From IMG/VR virus record IMGVR_UViG_3300013108_000622, positions 1 through 64,000 of that record: a DNA stretch of 64,000 bases, one strand, 5' to 3'. The position numbers and the translations under genes are program-made. Source of the stretch: a virus. The notes beneath the pieces were generated by a model, which was given only the letters and a program-made list of their open reading frames with translations, had not been told where the DNA came from and searched no databases. Below, piece by piece: positions 54,970 through 64,000 of this stretch; within the stretch, counting starts at the first letter, position 1, and every line of letters starts with the position of its first letter.

Positions 54970-57900
54970 ATGATTAAGTCTGGTATTCCGTTCGTCGGTC
55001 TTCATGCACACTCAACTGCGGGTTCTCCGTTCGATGCTATCGGATACCCTCAACAACACATGGACTTTGCTTATGAAAATGGCTGTGATGCCTTGGCACT
55101 GACCGATCACGGAAACTGTAATGGTCTAGCATATCAGGTTCTTCATGCAAAGTCAATGGAAAAAGCTGGCAAGAACTTTAAACCAATCTATGGGTGTGAA
55201 GCCTATTTCATCCCATCACTCAAAGAATGGGAAGAAGTCTACAACCAAAGCAAAACAGACAAGAAATCTAAGAAAGACGCAACAAGTGGTGGATTCACAG
55301 TAGAAGACGAATCAGAAACCAAATCAGTAAAAGATATACTTAATCGTCGTCGTCATCTAGTGTTGCTAGCCCAAAATCAAACAGGTCTTAATAATATCTT
55401 TAAGTTAATTTCACAATCATATAAGCCAGGAAACTTCTATCGCTTCCCAAGAATTGATTATGATCTGCTCCGAACACATAGTGAGGGTATCATCGCTTCC
55501 TCTGCCTGTTTAGGTGGCGTTTATGCAGGAGATCTGTGGGAAAATATGGATAATGGAGATGAGGCTGTCCTAAATGCTATGCGTAAAACTACTGAAAATA
55601 TGCAAAGTATTCTGGGTGATCGGTGGTATGCAGAACTTCAATGGTTTAAGCACCCCACACAAATGAAGCTGAACACCTTTATCGTTCAAATTGCTAAAGA
55701 ATATGGCCTTGAATTAATCTCAACTGCTGATAGTCACTACTTTAATCCTGAAGTGTGGAAGTCTCGCGAGCTATACAAACGATTCAGACCAGGCGCAACC
55801 GCATTCTTTGGTGAGATGGCTGAAGATTTAGATGAGTATGGAATGGAACTGTATCCCAAGAATGGTGATCAAATGTTTGCGTCTTATAAAAAGTATTCAT
55901 CCGAACTCGGCGTGAAATTCGATGATGATTTGATTAAAGACTCGATTGCTCGGACTCACCATATTGCACATAACCGCATCGAAAAATTCTATCCAGACAA
56001 TACAGTGCGACTACCCTCCTTTGTAATACCTGATAATATGACAGACGACGAGGCACTAAGTGTAGCTTCGGTTAATAATTTGCAATCCAAAGAATTGACC
56101 GACCCTGTTTATGTGGAGCGACTTGAACATGAACTCCAAGTAATCAAAGACCGTGGTTTTAGTCGTTATTTCCTAACAATGAAAGCCATCGCAGATAAGG
56201 CAACTTCGATGCAAATTACTGGCCCATCACGCGGTTCAGCCGGTGGCTCTTTGGTTGCATATGTTCTTGGAATTACTCAGGTAGATCCTATTAAGTATGG
56301 TTTGCTTTTTTCTCGTTTCTTGAGATCTGATGCGAAAGACTATCCAGATATTGATTATGATGTGTCAGATCCTATGACACTTAAAGAGTCTCTAGTGAAG
56401 GAGTGGGGTGAAGATAACGTAGTTCCTATTTCAAACTGGAACACCCTCCAGTTACGCTCTTTGATTAAAGATATATCAAAATTTTATGACATTCCATACC
56501 AAGAGGTAAACGTCGTAACCAAGAAGATGGTGTTTGAGGCTATGGCCCCTGCTAAACGCGATCACGGTATAAAGGCTGGCGTGTATGAGCCAACTTTTGA
56601 AGAATTAATGAAGTATAGTACAAGCCTTCAAGAATTCCTAAAGAAATACCCACAAGTCGAGCCACACGTAAGAACCTTGAAAGGTCAGGTGCGTTCTTGT
56701 TCACGTCATGCTGGCGGCCTGGTTGTTGGCGAAGATCTCAACAAGTATATGCCCTTAATTTATTCCGGTGGTGTTCGTCAAACTCCCTGGACTGAGGGTC
56801 AGAATGTTAGACACCTTGAACCAATGGGGTTTATTAAGTTTGATATTCTTGGACTAAGCACCCTAAGAATGATTGAGGATGCAATCTCAAGAATCATTCA
56901 GAAGCAAACCGGTACAACGCCAAAATTTAGTGAGGTTAAAAAGTTTTATGATCAGAACCTCCACCCAGACAAGATGGATTTTGATAATCAATCCATATAT
57001 CGAAATATATTTCACAAAGGAAAGTGGGCAGGTGTTTTTCAGTTTACCGAATCTGGAGCACAATCGTTTTGTAAGCGAGCAAAGCCAACTTCTTTGATTG
57101 ATATTGCAGCTATTACATCAATTTTTCGCCCCGGACCGTTGAGCGCCAAGGTTGATAAAGATTATGTAAATGCTAAGAATTCGCCGGGAGATATTAAATA
57201 TAACCACCCAATCATTCAAGAGGTTACTGAAGAAACATATGGCTTTCTAATTTTTCAAGAGCAGATTGCTTTACTAGCTCACCGCTTGGGTAAGAATATC
57301 TCACTCGACGAAGGTAATCTTTTACGTAAACTATTAACTAAAAAAGGAACAGGCAAAGGTGCAAAAGATAAGCTTAAAATCTATAACAAATTCGTGGCAG
57401 GATGTGCAGAGAAAGGAATTAGCACGGTCGAGGCAGAGAATCTTTGGAAAACTTTTGAGTATTTTAGTGGTTATGGCTTTAATAAGTCCCATGCTGTCGG
57501 TTATAGTATTCTATCTTACCAGTGTGCTTGGCTACTAAACTATCACCCAGCAGAATGGTTAGCTGCGTTTCTAAACAAGGAGCCTGAAAGCCGCAAAGAA
57601 AAAGCTATTAATGTTGTCAAGAATTTGGGATACAACATTCAGGAAGTAAACATTAATCTATCCGGTCGCAACTGGGAAGTCTCAGACTCCGGTGAACTAG
57701 TTCAGCCCCTTACCTCGATTAAAGGTCTGGGCGATAAGGCTATGGATCAAATCTTGGAACACCGACCCTTTAATTCAATTGAAGATTTGCTGTTCAATGA
57801 GGAGATAAGTTATTCTAAACTTAATAAAAAATGTTTAGATGTTTTAGTGCGTTCTGGTGCTTGTGATACTATTGTTGATGATCGCTTTAAGCATTGTAGA

Positions 57901-58359
57901 CACCTTTGGCTTTCAACCGTAAATAATCGTCCTAAAAACAGGAAAAAGCTGGAAGAAAATATTAAATTAAACACTGCTGAGCCTGATTTTTCTGAGGAAG
58001 AAAAGATTGAAAATGTTGTAAGTTTAACTGGTATATTTCCATTTGATCTAGTTTTAGACAAGAAGGTGAGAGAGAGGCTAGAGCAGGCCAAGGTTCCACC
58101 GATTGCGGATTATGATAAAGATTTACAATTATCTTGGTTTATTCCTAGGGAAATCATACCAAAAAAGACTAGGAACGGCAAAACTTTCTGGATTTTGAAT
58201 GTAATTGATGATACATGTCAAACCACTAAAATAATGTGCTGGAATATTTGGGGAGACACACGTGTTTTTCTCAACAGACCATACATTGCGAAACTTGAAC
58301 ATAGCGATCAATGGGGTTTTTCAACCCGCAAAGTTGGTGGCTTTAAACTAATAGGATAA
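54970..58359 (+). CDS. dnaE: DNA polymerase III alpha subunit (family C)
   Basis: PHP motifs LHAHS, ALTDHG and ADSHY; RGSAGGSL, catalytic PDIDYD, HAGG, KFDILGL and YGFNKSHA. Confidence 0.95.
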   Translation: MIKSGIPFVGLHAHSTAGSPFDAIGYPQQHMDFAYENGCDALALTDHGNCNGLAYQVLHAKSMEKAGKNFKPIYGCEAYFIPSLKEWEEVYNQSKTDKKSKKDATSGGFTVEDESETKSVKDILNRRRHLVLLAQNQTGLNNIFKLISQSYKPGNFYRFPRIDYDLLRTHSEGIIASSACLGGVYAGDLWENMDNGDEAVLNAMRKTTENMQSILGDRWYAELQWFKHPTQMKLNTFIVQIAKEYGLELISTADSHYFNPEVWKSRELYKRFRPGATAFFGEMAEDLDEYGMELYPKNGDQMFASYKKYSSELGVKFDDDLIKDSIARTHHIAHNRIEKFYPDNTVRLPSFVIPDNMTDDEALSVASVNNLQSKELTDPVYVERLEHELQVIKDRGFSRYFLTMKAIADKATSMQITGPSRGSAGGSLVAYVLGITQVDPIKYGLLFSRFLRSDAKDYPDIDYDVSDPMTLKESLVKEWGEDNVVPISNWNTLQLRSLIKDISKFYDIPYQEVNVVTKKMVFEAMAPAKRDHGIKAGVYEPTFEELMKYSTSLQEFLKKYPQVEPHVRTLKGQVRSCSRHAGGLVVGEDLNKYMPLIYSGGVRQTPWTEGQNVRHLEPMGFIKFDILGLSTLRMIEDAISRIIQKQTGTTPKFSEVKKFYDQNLHPDKMDFDNQSIYRNIFHKGKWAGVFQFTESGAQSFCKRAKPTSLIDIAAITSIFRPGPLSAKVDKDYVNAKNSPGDIKYNHPIIQEVTEETYGFLIFQEQIALLAHRLGKNISLDEGNLLRKLLTKKGTGKGAKDKLKIYNKFVAGCAEKGISTVEAENLWKTFEYFSGYGFNKSHAVGYSILSYQCAWLLNYHPAEWLAAFLNKEPESRKEKAINVVKNLGYNIQEVNINLSGRNWEVSDSGELVQPLTSIKGLGDKAMDQILEHRPFNSIEDLLFNEEISYSKLNKKCLDVLVRSGACDTIVDDRFKHCRHLWLSTVNNRPKNRKKLEENIKLNTAEPDFSEEEKIENVVSLTGIFPFDLVLDKKVRERLEQAKVPPIADYDKDLQLSWFIPREIIPKKTRNGKTFWILNVIDDTCQTTKIMCWNIWGDTRVFLNRPYIAKLEHSDQWGFSTRKVGGFKLIG

Positions 58360-58363
58360 AAAA

Positions 58364-58891
58364 ATGACTGAAAATAAAGATAAAATTTTATTTGAAAGGA
58401 AATCTTTTCAATACCACTATAGAATGATGGCCATTATGTGTAATAATGAAGGGCTTGGCGATCCTCACAACTATGGAAGATCCAAAGAGATTTTCGCAGC
58501 TTGTGAGTTGGGCCATAAAGTGGCGACAAAATACTCTGGTGCTGATGCTTTTCTGCTTGATGGAACCCCTGTTGAATACAAGTCAACGATTGGTAAAAAT
58601 GTCAAAGGTTCTTATACGGGAGTTTCTGTGCAGCCCACTTGGAATTTACAGGAAAAATATTTACGAGAAGACAAGATTGGAAAGTATCCCTATCACTTTT
58701 ATAACCGTTTTGATAAAAGTGGGCTCTTGGTCGAATCGTGGAAAGTATCAGCTGATGCAGTTCTCAAGGTTCTTTTGCCCAAATTTAAAGCATCCTACCC
58801 CACAGTATTGAAGAAAAAAGATCCTAGACTTAGTGCCAACATGACTACGGCAGAAATTAAAAAATATGGCAAGAGGGTATATAACTCTTGA
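58364..58891 (+). CDS. PD-(D/E)xK endonuclease, PvuII-like
   Basis: G..D, GADA....G..VEYKS and C-terminal YGKRVY parallel my recollection of R.PvuII (GNDAVDNAGQEYELKS...HGTKIY); similar length. Confidence 0.6.
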   Translation: MTENKDKILFERKSFQYHYRMMAIMCNNEGLGDPHNYGRSKEIFAACELGHKVATKYSGADAFLLDGTPVEYKSTIGKNVKGSYTGVSVQPTWNLQEKYLREDKIGKYPYHFYNRFDKSGLLVESWKVSADAVLKVLLPKFKASYPTVLKKKDPRLSANMTTAEIKKYGKRVYNS

Positions 58892-58915
58892 CAAAAGATT
58901 TAAATCCTGTATAAT
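58888..58915 (+). promoter_or_regulatory. Sigma70-type promoter (TTGACA-16-TATAAT)
   Basis: Both hexamers are consensus; upstream of SD GAGGAG and ATG 58950. Confidence 0.65.
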
Positions 58916-58949
58916 ATAGATAATAAAGCATTTTTACAGAGGAGAAAAA

Positions 58950-59933
58950 ATGAACACCGAAATGTTTGATAAATTAAAACAAGAAATCCCAAACTTTGTT
59001 GAAGAACATTGTTTTTTGGTAAAGCCGGAAAACGTTGTGTATGATGAAACTAAGTCACAATGCAGACAAGGCGGCCATATTAAAGAAAAGTATCCACTAT
59101 TTAAAGAAATTATAGAATCGGGTGCTGAATTAGCACCAATTTCAGGCATCCGTTTGCCGAATGATAAGTTTGATTTGCGAGAAGGGGCGACTAGAGTAGG
59201 TGGCGCAAAACTGGCAAACAAACCTCTTTTAGCATCTGACTACTTTCACAAAGAATTGGGTTACACTGAATCCGACTGGGAAGATTTTCAGGCAATAGCA
59301 AACGATCCTAAAATTGAGACACCCAACTCTATTGGTGATATGGAATATTTAATTTCCAAACAAATCAATAATGGAAATCTTGAGAAAAAAATAGGAATTA
59401 ACTATGATGAAAATCCAGATGAGTTCATTGAAGCTGCTGCAAAGCGATATAAGAGTGTGATTTATAAAAACTCTGGTAGAAGCAAAGATTTTTTCACCAG
59501 AAAGGTCAAAAACGCCCTTAAGCCTAAAGTTCAAGCTGCTGGTGCTTATGAGAATTACGACAAAAAAGCTGCACTAGAGATTTATAAGGCTCAAGCAGGT
59601 TCAAACTGGAATGGTCAAAGACAGGGGGAAATCGACAATAACAGAACTGTATATCCAATTGCTAGTATGAACCACTTGAATCCTAACATTATGGGGTATT
59701 CTGCTTCAAAAATGATGTCAAATCCTGATATAATTATAGATTTAGTATTTTGGACTGGAGACATTGTTGGCAAAACGAAGGATGAGATCATACAAAAGGA
59801 GAGAAATCAGGTTCTCGGATGGTTTAATAAGGTAAATGCAACATATGGGTTTTTCGGAGATCTTTATGTACTTCCTCAAATCAAGCAGGGGAAAAATAAA
59901 GAAAACCTACACAAATTAATCAAGTTGACATAA
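58950..59933 (+). CDS. Hypothetical protein with a ParB-like N-terminal region
   Basis: Q.R, LAPISG....KFDLREGATRVGGA resembles the ParB-N DG.xR motif. Confidence 0.5.
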   Translation: MNTEMFDKLKQEIPNFVEEHCFLVKPENVVYDETKSQCRQGGHIKEKYPLFKEIIESGAELAPISGIRLPNDKFDLREGATRVGGAKLANKPLLASDYFHKELGYTESDWEDFQAIANDPKIETPNSIGDMEYLISKQINNGNLEKKIGINYDENPDEFIEAAAKRYKSVIYKNSGRSKDFFTRKVKNALKPKVQAAGAYENYDKKAALEIYKAQAGSNWNGQRQGEIDNNRTVYPIASMNHLNPNIMGYSASKMMSNPDIIIDLVFWTGDIVGKTKDEIIQKERNQVLGWFNKVNATYGFFGDLYVLPQIKQGKNKENLHKLIKLT

Positions 59934-60802
59934 TGGATATTACAATAAACCAACAAGATGGACTTGAGCTTCTGCGCTCCCTTGAAAAGGGGAGCGTGGA
60001 TCTCATTCTTACAGATCCCCCCTATGTTACATCCCGCCAAAGTGGGATGCAAAAATGGTATGAAAAAACGAAGAACAACACCCATGAAGCAAAAACAGAA
60101 TCTGAATGGCTAAACCTTAAAACTCTTACCGAGTGGAAACAATTCCTACGAAAAGGTAAAGTGGCAAGGGGTAAAAGAAAGAAGAAATTGCAAGAATGCA
60201 GAGAAAACTTTCTAAAAACAGGCAGCATTTATGGAGAGAAGTACGGAGTTCAGACTGATTATGGAGACTGGGATTCAGAGTTTACACTTGATAAGTTAAA
60301 TGAATTTGTAAAAGAATTTCATCGAGTGCTAAAAGATGGCGGCACGTGTATCATCTTTTTTGATATTTGGAAACTTACCAACTTAAAGGACATTTTAGAG
60401 GACAATAAGTTTAAACAATTAAGATACATTGAATGGATTAAAACAAATCCTGTTCCAATTAATAGTAAAGTAAATTATCTAACTAATTCGCGAGAGATTG
60501 CTTTGACTGCCATCAAGAAGTCTAAGCCAACTTTTAATTCAAAATATGATAATGGAATATACAAATACCCCATTCAGGGAGGCAAGAACCGAACCCACCC
60601 AACTCAGAAGAATTTAAAGTTGTTTGAAGAATTAATAACTAAACATTCGAATGAGGGTGAACTAGTGCTAGATTGTTTCCTTGGTGGTGGCACAACCGCT
60701 ATTGCTTCTTTCAATACTGGTCGTAGCTTTATTGGTTGCGAGCGAGAGAAAGAGCATTACGACAATTCTATTGATTGGTTGGAGAGAGAAGGTAATGAAT
60801 AA
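59933..60802 (+). CDS. Beta-class N4-C/N6-A DNA methyltransferase
   Basis: Motif IV LILTDPPY is N-terminal; HPTQK; motif I LDCFLGGGTT is C-terminal. Confidence 0.92.
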   Translation: MDITINQQDGLELLRSLEKGSVDLILTDPPYVTSRQSGMQKWYEKTKNNTHEAKTESEWLNLKTLTEWKQFLRKGKVARGKRKKKLQECRENFLKTGSIYGEKYGVQTDYGDWDSEFTLDKLNEFVKEFHRVLKDGGTCIIFFDIWKLTNLKDILEDNKFKQLRYIEWIKTNPVPINSKVNYLTNSREIALTAIKKSKPTFNSKYDNGIYKYPIQGGKNRTHPTQKNLKLFEELITKHSNEGELVLDCFLGGGTTAIASFNTGRSFIGCEREKEHYDNSIDWLEREGNE

Positions 60803-61019
60803 TACTGAACATACTTTAGAAATACAAAAATTAATTATAGGTAGAGATGAGGCAGAATGCGAAGCGAATTCTACTATCTCAGAATATCTTGTAGAAAGAG
60901 CTGCACTCTATGGAAATAAGCTCGGCAGGATGAAAAAGAAGGTAGTTGAATTTGACATTGTAGAAGATCAATACTCAGGGGATTGGGTGTTGATATGTTA
61001 CTGTGAGAGGGACTTTTAA
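60795..61019 (+). CDS. Hypothetical protein
   Basis: Start at ATG 60795, overlapping the MTase stop region. Confidence 0.5.
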   Translation: MNNTEHTLEIQKLIIGRDEAECEANSTISEYLVERAALYGNKLGRMKKKVVEFDIVEDQYSGDWVLICYCERDF

Positions 61020-61354
61020 TGAGTGATGAGTATGACGTATTAATCGATGATTTGTTCATGGATGACTCAAAACCACCATCAAAACCAACCGCCCAAGATA
61101 TTAGGCAGGCAATAAATAAAGAGATTCGCTTAAATCGTGCAGCAACCAAAACAGTAAAGGGTCTAGAAATCGATGTACCAGATTCTTGGGTGGACGTACT
61201 TCAAAATAATGCAGCTATTCTATATGACTATGGACCAGCAGGTTGGAAAGTTATGTGGTATCAGAAGCACTCTGAAGGACCGGGCGAAGGAGAGTTAATT
61301 CGCTCTTGGATAAGCATAAGAGACAAACGGCATGTTGCCAAGGAGATGAGATAA
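61019..61354 (+). CDS. Hypothetical protein
   Basis: TAATG coupling; 111 aa. Confidence 0.55.
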   Translation: MSDEYDVLIDDLFMDDSKPPSKPTAQDIRQAINKEIRLNRAATKTVKGLEIDVPDSWVDVLQNNAAILYDYGPAGWKVMWYQKHSEGPGEGELIRSWISIRDKRHVAKEMR

Positions 61355-61840
61355 ATGATTATTGAATACACAAGAATGAGAGCAGATGTGCGTCCGCCGG
61401 AACGAGCAAACCCCAGTGATGCAGGATTAGATTTGTATTTTAACCCAGAATCAAAAGGGTTTTTACCAAGCCCAACGATAGATAGCGTAGTTATCAATCC
61501 CGGCGAGAGTCAATTACTTTCCACCGGCTATCGCTTTGGCGTACCGCATGGCTATATGTTGGAGATTAAAAATCGTTCTGGTGTTGCATCGAAACGCTCT
61601 TTGATTGTTGGTGCCTGTGTTGTTGACAGTGGGTATGATGGGGAGGTATTCATCAATCTTCATAATGTCGGTAAAGAAGCGCAAACAATCGAACCAGGAA
61701 CCAAGATTGCCCAAGCGGTGATGGTGCCTGTTGTCCATTTCCGTGCTGTCGAGACACAAAGTGGAAATCTATATGGGTGGTATCCCATCACTATTTCTGA
61801 ACGAGGCGACGGTGCCCTAGGTTCAACTGATAAAAAATAG
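61355..61840 (+). CDS. dut: Trimeric dUTPase
   Basis: AGLDL, RSG, VVDSGYDGE, IAQ and RGDGALGST. Confidence 0.93.
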   Translation: MIIEYTRMRADVRPPERANPSDAGLDLYFNPESKGFLPSPTIDSVVINPGESQLLSTGYRFGVPHGYMLEIKNRSGVASKRSLIVGACVVDSGYDGEVFINLHNVGKEAQTIEPGTKIAQAVMVPVVHFRAVETQSGNLYGWYPITISERGDGALGSTDKK

Positions 61841-61852
61841 GGGGATTTGTAA

Positions 61853-62866
61853 ATGAAAAAGGGAATATGTTTTGACGACGTATTGTTGGTTCCTAAATAT
61901 AGCGAGATAAGATCCAGAAGCGAGATTGATATTGGCAACCGTCTAGGCGGGTCAATAGAACTAAGATTGCCGATTATCTCATCTCCAATGGATACTGTAA
62001 CCGAGCATTGTATGTCTGTTGTTATGGCGGATAAGGGCGGGATGGGAATTGTCCATCGCTACAACACCATTGAAGAGCAGGCAAAATTGATTCCGAAAGC
62101 AACACTCGTCGGCGCAGCCGTAGGTGTAAACGGAGATTACTTGGAACGCGCCCAAGAAATGGTCAATGCTGGTGCAAAATTGATTTGTGTTGATATCGCC
62201 CATGGGCATCATTCACTTATGCGCAGTGCCCTGTGGAATTTAAAGAACAAATTACCACGAGAAATTCATTTGATGGCTGGAAATGTTGCAACCTCTGAAG
62301 CCTTTTACGATCTTGCTTCTTGGGGAGCAGATAGTATAAAAGTTGGCATCGGAGGCGGAAGCATTTGTTCCACTCGTATCCAAACTGGTCATGGTGTGCC
62401 GACTTTACAGAGTGTCATAGATTGTTCTACTGCTTCCTTTGAGACCGGAGTTAAAATGATTGCAGATGGAGGTATAAAAACATCAGGTGATATAGTAAAG
62501 TCTCTCGCTGCTGGAGCAGGATTTGTTATGTTGGGCTCGATGTTAGCAGGAACGCACGAATCACCAGGTGAAATTATAGAGCCAAATAGCGAAAGACCTC
62601 GAAAAGCATATAGGGGTATGGCGTCTAAAGAAGCACAAGTTGAGTGGAGAGGGAGTGTATCCTCCAGAGAGGGTGTTGCCACAGAAATTCCTTATAAAGG
62701 TAGTGTGGAGCCCATCTTAGAAGACTTGCAAGTAGGCATACGCTCAGGATTTTCATATAGTGGAGCCTCATGTTTAACAGAGCTTCAAGAGTTTTCTAGT
62801 ATGTTGCAGCAAACCAATGCTAGCCGCAGAGAAAGCTCAACCCATATTATGGAGCAGGGGTTTTAA
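61853..62866 (+). CDS. IMP dehydrogenase / GMP reductase family, no CBS domains
   Basis: FDDVLLVP, SSPMDTV, DIAHGH, KVGIGGGSICSTR, IADGGI and YRGMAS. Confidence 0.9.
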   Translation: MKKGICFDDVLLVPKYSEIRSRSEIDIGNRLGGSIELRLPIISSPMDTVTEHCMSVVMADKGGMGIVHRYNTIEEQAKLIPKATLVGAAVGVNGDYLERAQEMVNAGAKLICVDIAHGHHSLMRSALWNLKNKLPREIHLMAGNVATSEAFYDLASWGADSIKVGIGGGSICSTRIQTGHGVPTLQSVIDCSTASFETGVKMIADGGIKTSGDIVKSLAAGAGFVMLGSMLAGTHESPGEIIEPNSERPRKAYRGMASKEAQVEWRGSVSSREGVATEIPYKGSVEPILEDLQVGIRSGFSYSGASCLTELQEFSSMLQQTNASRRESSTHIMEQGF

Positions 62867-62868
62867 TT

Positions 62869-63147
62869 TTGTCATCATTTGCACGTAAACATCGTCGTAA
62901 AAAAGAAAAAGACGCCCAAAAGGATTTCAAGAAAAAGGTAGGCTTGTTTGACAAGTTGCCTGATCATTGTTTGGTTTGTCAAAAAGATTTTGATAAAAAA
63001 GATAAAGAAATGGTGATGTCTTGGAATGTTGTGGTTCACAAAGAAAAAGAAGTGGTGAGGCTATATTGCCCTACTTGTTGGGATGAAGCCGGAAAAATTA
63101 TTAAGGATATAAAAAATGGACAACAAAACGCAAAAGTTAATGTTTAG
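62869..63147 (+). CDS. Small Zn-finger protein
   Basis: CLVC...CPTC; basic N-terminus. Confidence 0.6.
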   Translation: MSSFARKHRRKKEKDAQKDFKKKVGLFDKLPDHCLVCQKDFDKKDKEMVMSWNVVVHKEKEVVRLYCPTCWDEAGKIIKDIKNGQQNAKVNV

Positions 63148-63610
63148 CTCAAAATCAGATATGTGGGGCACTCCGCAATCTTTTTTTGATAAATTAAATA
63201 AAAAATATAAATTCTCCTTAGATGCTTGTGCAACCAAGGAGAATAGTAAGTGTGAAAGATTTTATACTATTGAGGATGATGGCCTTTCAAAGAGTTGGGA
63301 GAATGAGGTGGTTTTTGTAAATCCCCCATACAGCAACGTGGGCGAGTGGGTTGCTAAAGCTCATTATGAATCCACCCACAATAATGCCACTGTTGTGATG
63401 TTGATTCCATCTCGCACTGATACAAAATACTGGCACCAATATATAATGGATGCGGCAAATAAAATCTTCTTTATCAAAGGAAGGTTAAAATTTCAGAACG
63501 GGTCAACAGTCTCGGCACATTCTGCTCCGTTCCCATCAGCAGTCGTAGTATTTGACTTGGGCCACTTTCGTTGGTCCGGTGGTCCGACAATTAAAACAAT
63601 GGAGAGGTGA
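63116..63610 (+). CDS. Phage N6-adenine DNA methyltransferase (lambdoid/HP1 Dam family)
   Basis: W.TPQ.FF, LDACA, DGL..SW, FVNPPYS, LIPSRTDT and GRLKF. Confidence 0.9.
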   Translation: MDNKTQKLMFSSKSDMWGTPQSFFDKLNKKYKFSLDACATKENSKCERFYTIEDDGLSKSWENEVVFVNPPYSNVGEWVAKAHYESTHNNATVVMLIPSRTDTKYWHQYIMDAANKIFFIKGRLKFQNGSTVSAHSAPFPSAVVVFDLGHFRWSGGPTIKTMER

Positions 63611-63931
63611 ATGTCTGACAAAAAATCAAAAATTATCTTCACCATCCCCGAAAGAAAAAAGGTCGATCTCAAGTTACAGTTACAATATGATAACTTAACT
63701 CAGGTAAAATTTTTCACAACTATTGTTGATGGCTATATCAATAAGGAATCCAGTTTAATGGAATATATTAATAAATTTAAAAAACAAAACTCAATCCAAA
63801 ACAACGAACAGCGAAAGAAGATTTCGGGGAACATAAGAAAAGCCCAGCAAGTTAAAAACAAGTTTTCCTTGGAAGATTCTGAAGTTGAAAACATATTTGA
63901 TATTTTAGAAAAAGAGCACCCAGAACTATGA
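63611..63931 (+). CDS. Hypothetical protein
   Basis: SD GGAGAGG; 106 aa. Confidence 0.6.
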   Translation: MSDKKSKIIFTIPERKKVDLKLQLQYDNLTQVKFFTTIVDGYINKESSLMEYINKFKKQNSIQNNEQRKKISGNIRKAQQVKNKFSLEDSEVENIFDILEKEHPEL

Positions 63932-64000
63932 AGTGTTATGACAAGTGCCGGATTGACGGAAAAAAATGTAAAGAAAAGAAATGTCGATTGTGGATAAATT
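63928..64000 (+). CDS. Cys-rich ORF, 3' truncated (MKCYDKCRIDGKKCKEKKCRLWIN...)
   Basis: ATGA overlap with the upstream stop; open to the window end. Confidence 0.5.
   Translation, partial: MKCYDKCRIDGKKCKEKKCRLWIN

Noticed and set aside
6005-58359. Inteins or introns in terminase, RecA, DnaB, NrdJ or DnaE
   Set aside because: Lengths are ordinary, motifs are contiguous and no intein termini or LAGLIDADG blocks were seen.
58364-58891. CAGCTG avoidance as support for PvuII specificity
   Set aside because: CAGCTG occurs in the window (e.g. near 8127 and 28785), so specificity cannot be inferred from avoidance.
186-62682. Many short antisense or alternate-frame ORFs in the track
   Set aside because: They lie within well-supported genes, show no recognisable motifs and are expected shadow ORFs.
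1-64000. Alternative genetic code (stop-codon reassignment)
   Set aside because: Conserved genes are full-length under the standard code, and TAA, TAG and TGA all end genes at sensible positions.
1-64000. CRISPR array, DGR/reverse transcriptase, integrase or transposase
   Set aside because: No regularly spaced repeats or recognisable motifs were seen; the fibre repeats are in-frame coding repeats.

Overview
A 64-kb fragment of a large, AT-rich, T4-superfamily-like myovirus, probably a jumbo phage. It uses the standard genetic code and is almost entirely on the + strand. 1-2.6 kb holds a fused Mre11/SbcD-Rad50/SbcC gene. 2.6-36 kb is a late morphogenesis block: membrane proteins, terminase, portal, prohead protease, scaffold, major capsid, neck, sheath, tube, tail chaperone, tape measure and baseplate. 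This block also carries ribosomal protein bS21, a tandem paralog family and a tRNA-like element. 36-64 kb is a replication and metabolism block: a short family-A polymerase, ClpP, a tubulin/FtsZ-like protein, SSB, RecA/UvsX, 5'-3' exonuclease, DnaB, NrdJ, ThyX, DnaE, dUTPase, IMPDH/GMPR, sugar-phosphate enzymes, a PvuII-like nuclease and two methyltransferases. An inverted tail-fibre cassette interrupts it. The most notable signals are: (i) an unannotated, start-less ORF reachable by a +1/-2 frameshift at a U7 run in the tail chaperone gene, followed directly by a Ser-type-bodied tRNA with a UUU anticodon; (ii) a two-class expression scheme, with sigma70 promoters giving apparently leaderless polymerase mRNAs versus an ACTA(T/C)TTA late motif on SD-led structural genes, alongside a phage bS21; (iii) a shared N-terminal tag on seven otherwise unrelated proteins, probably for capsid targeting. 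All functional calls come from motif recognition by eye; no searches were run.
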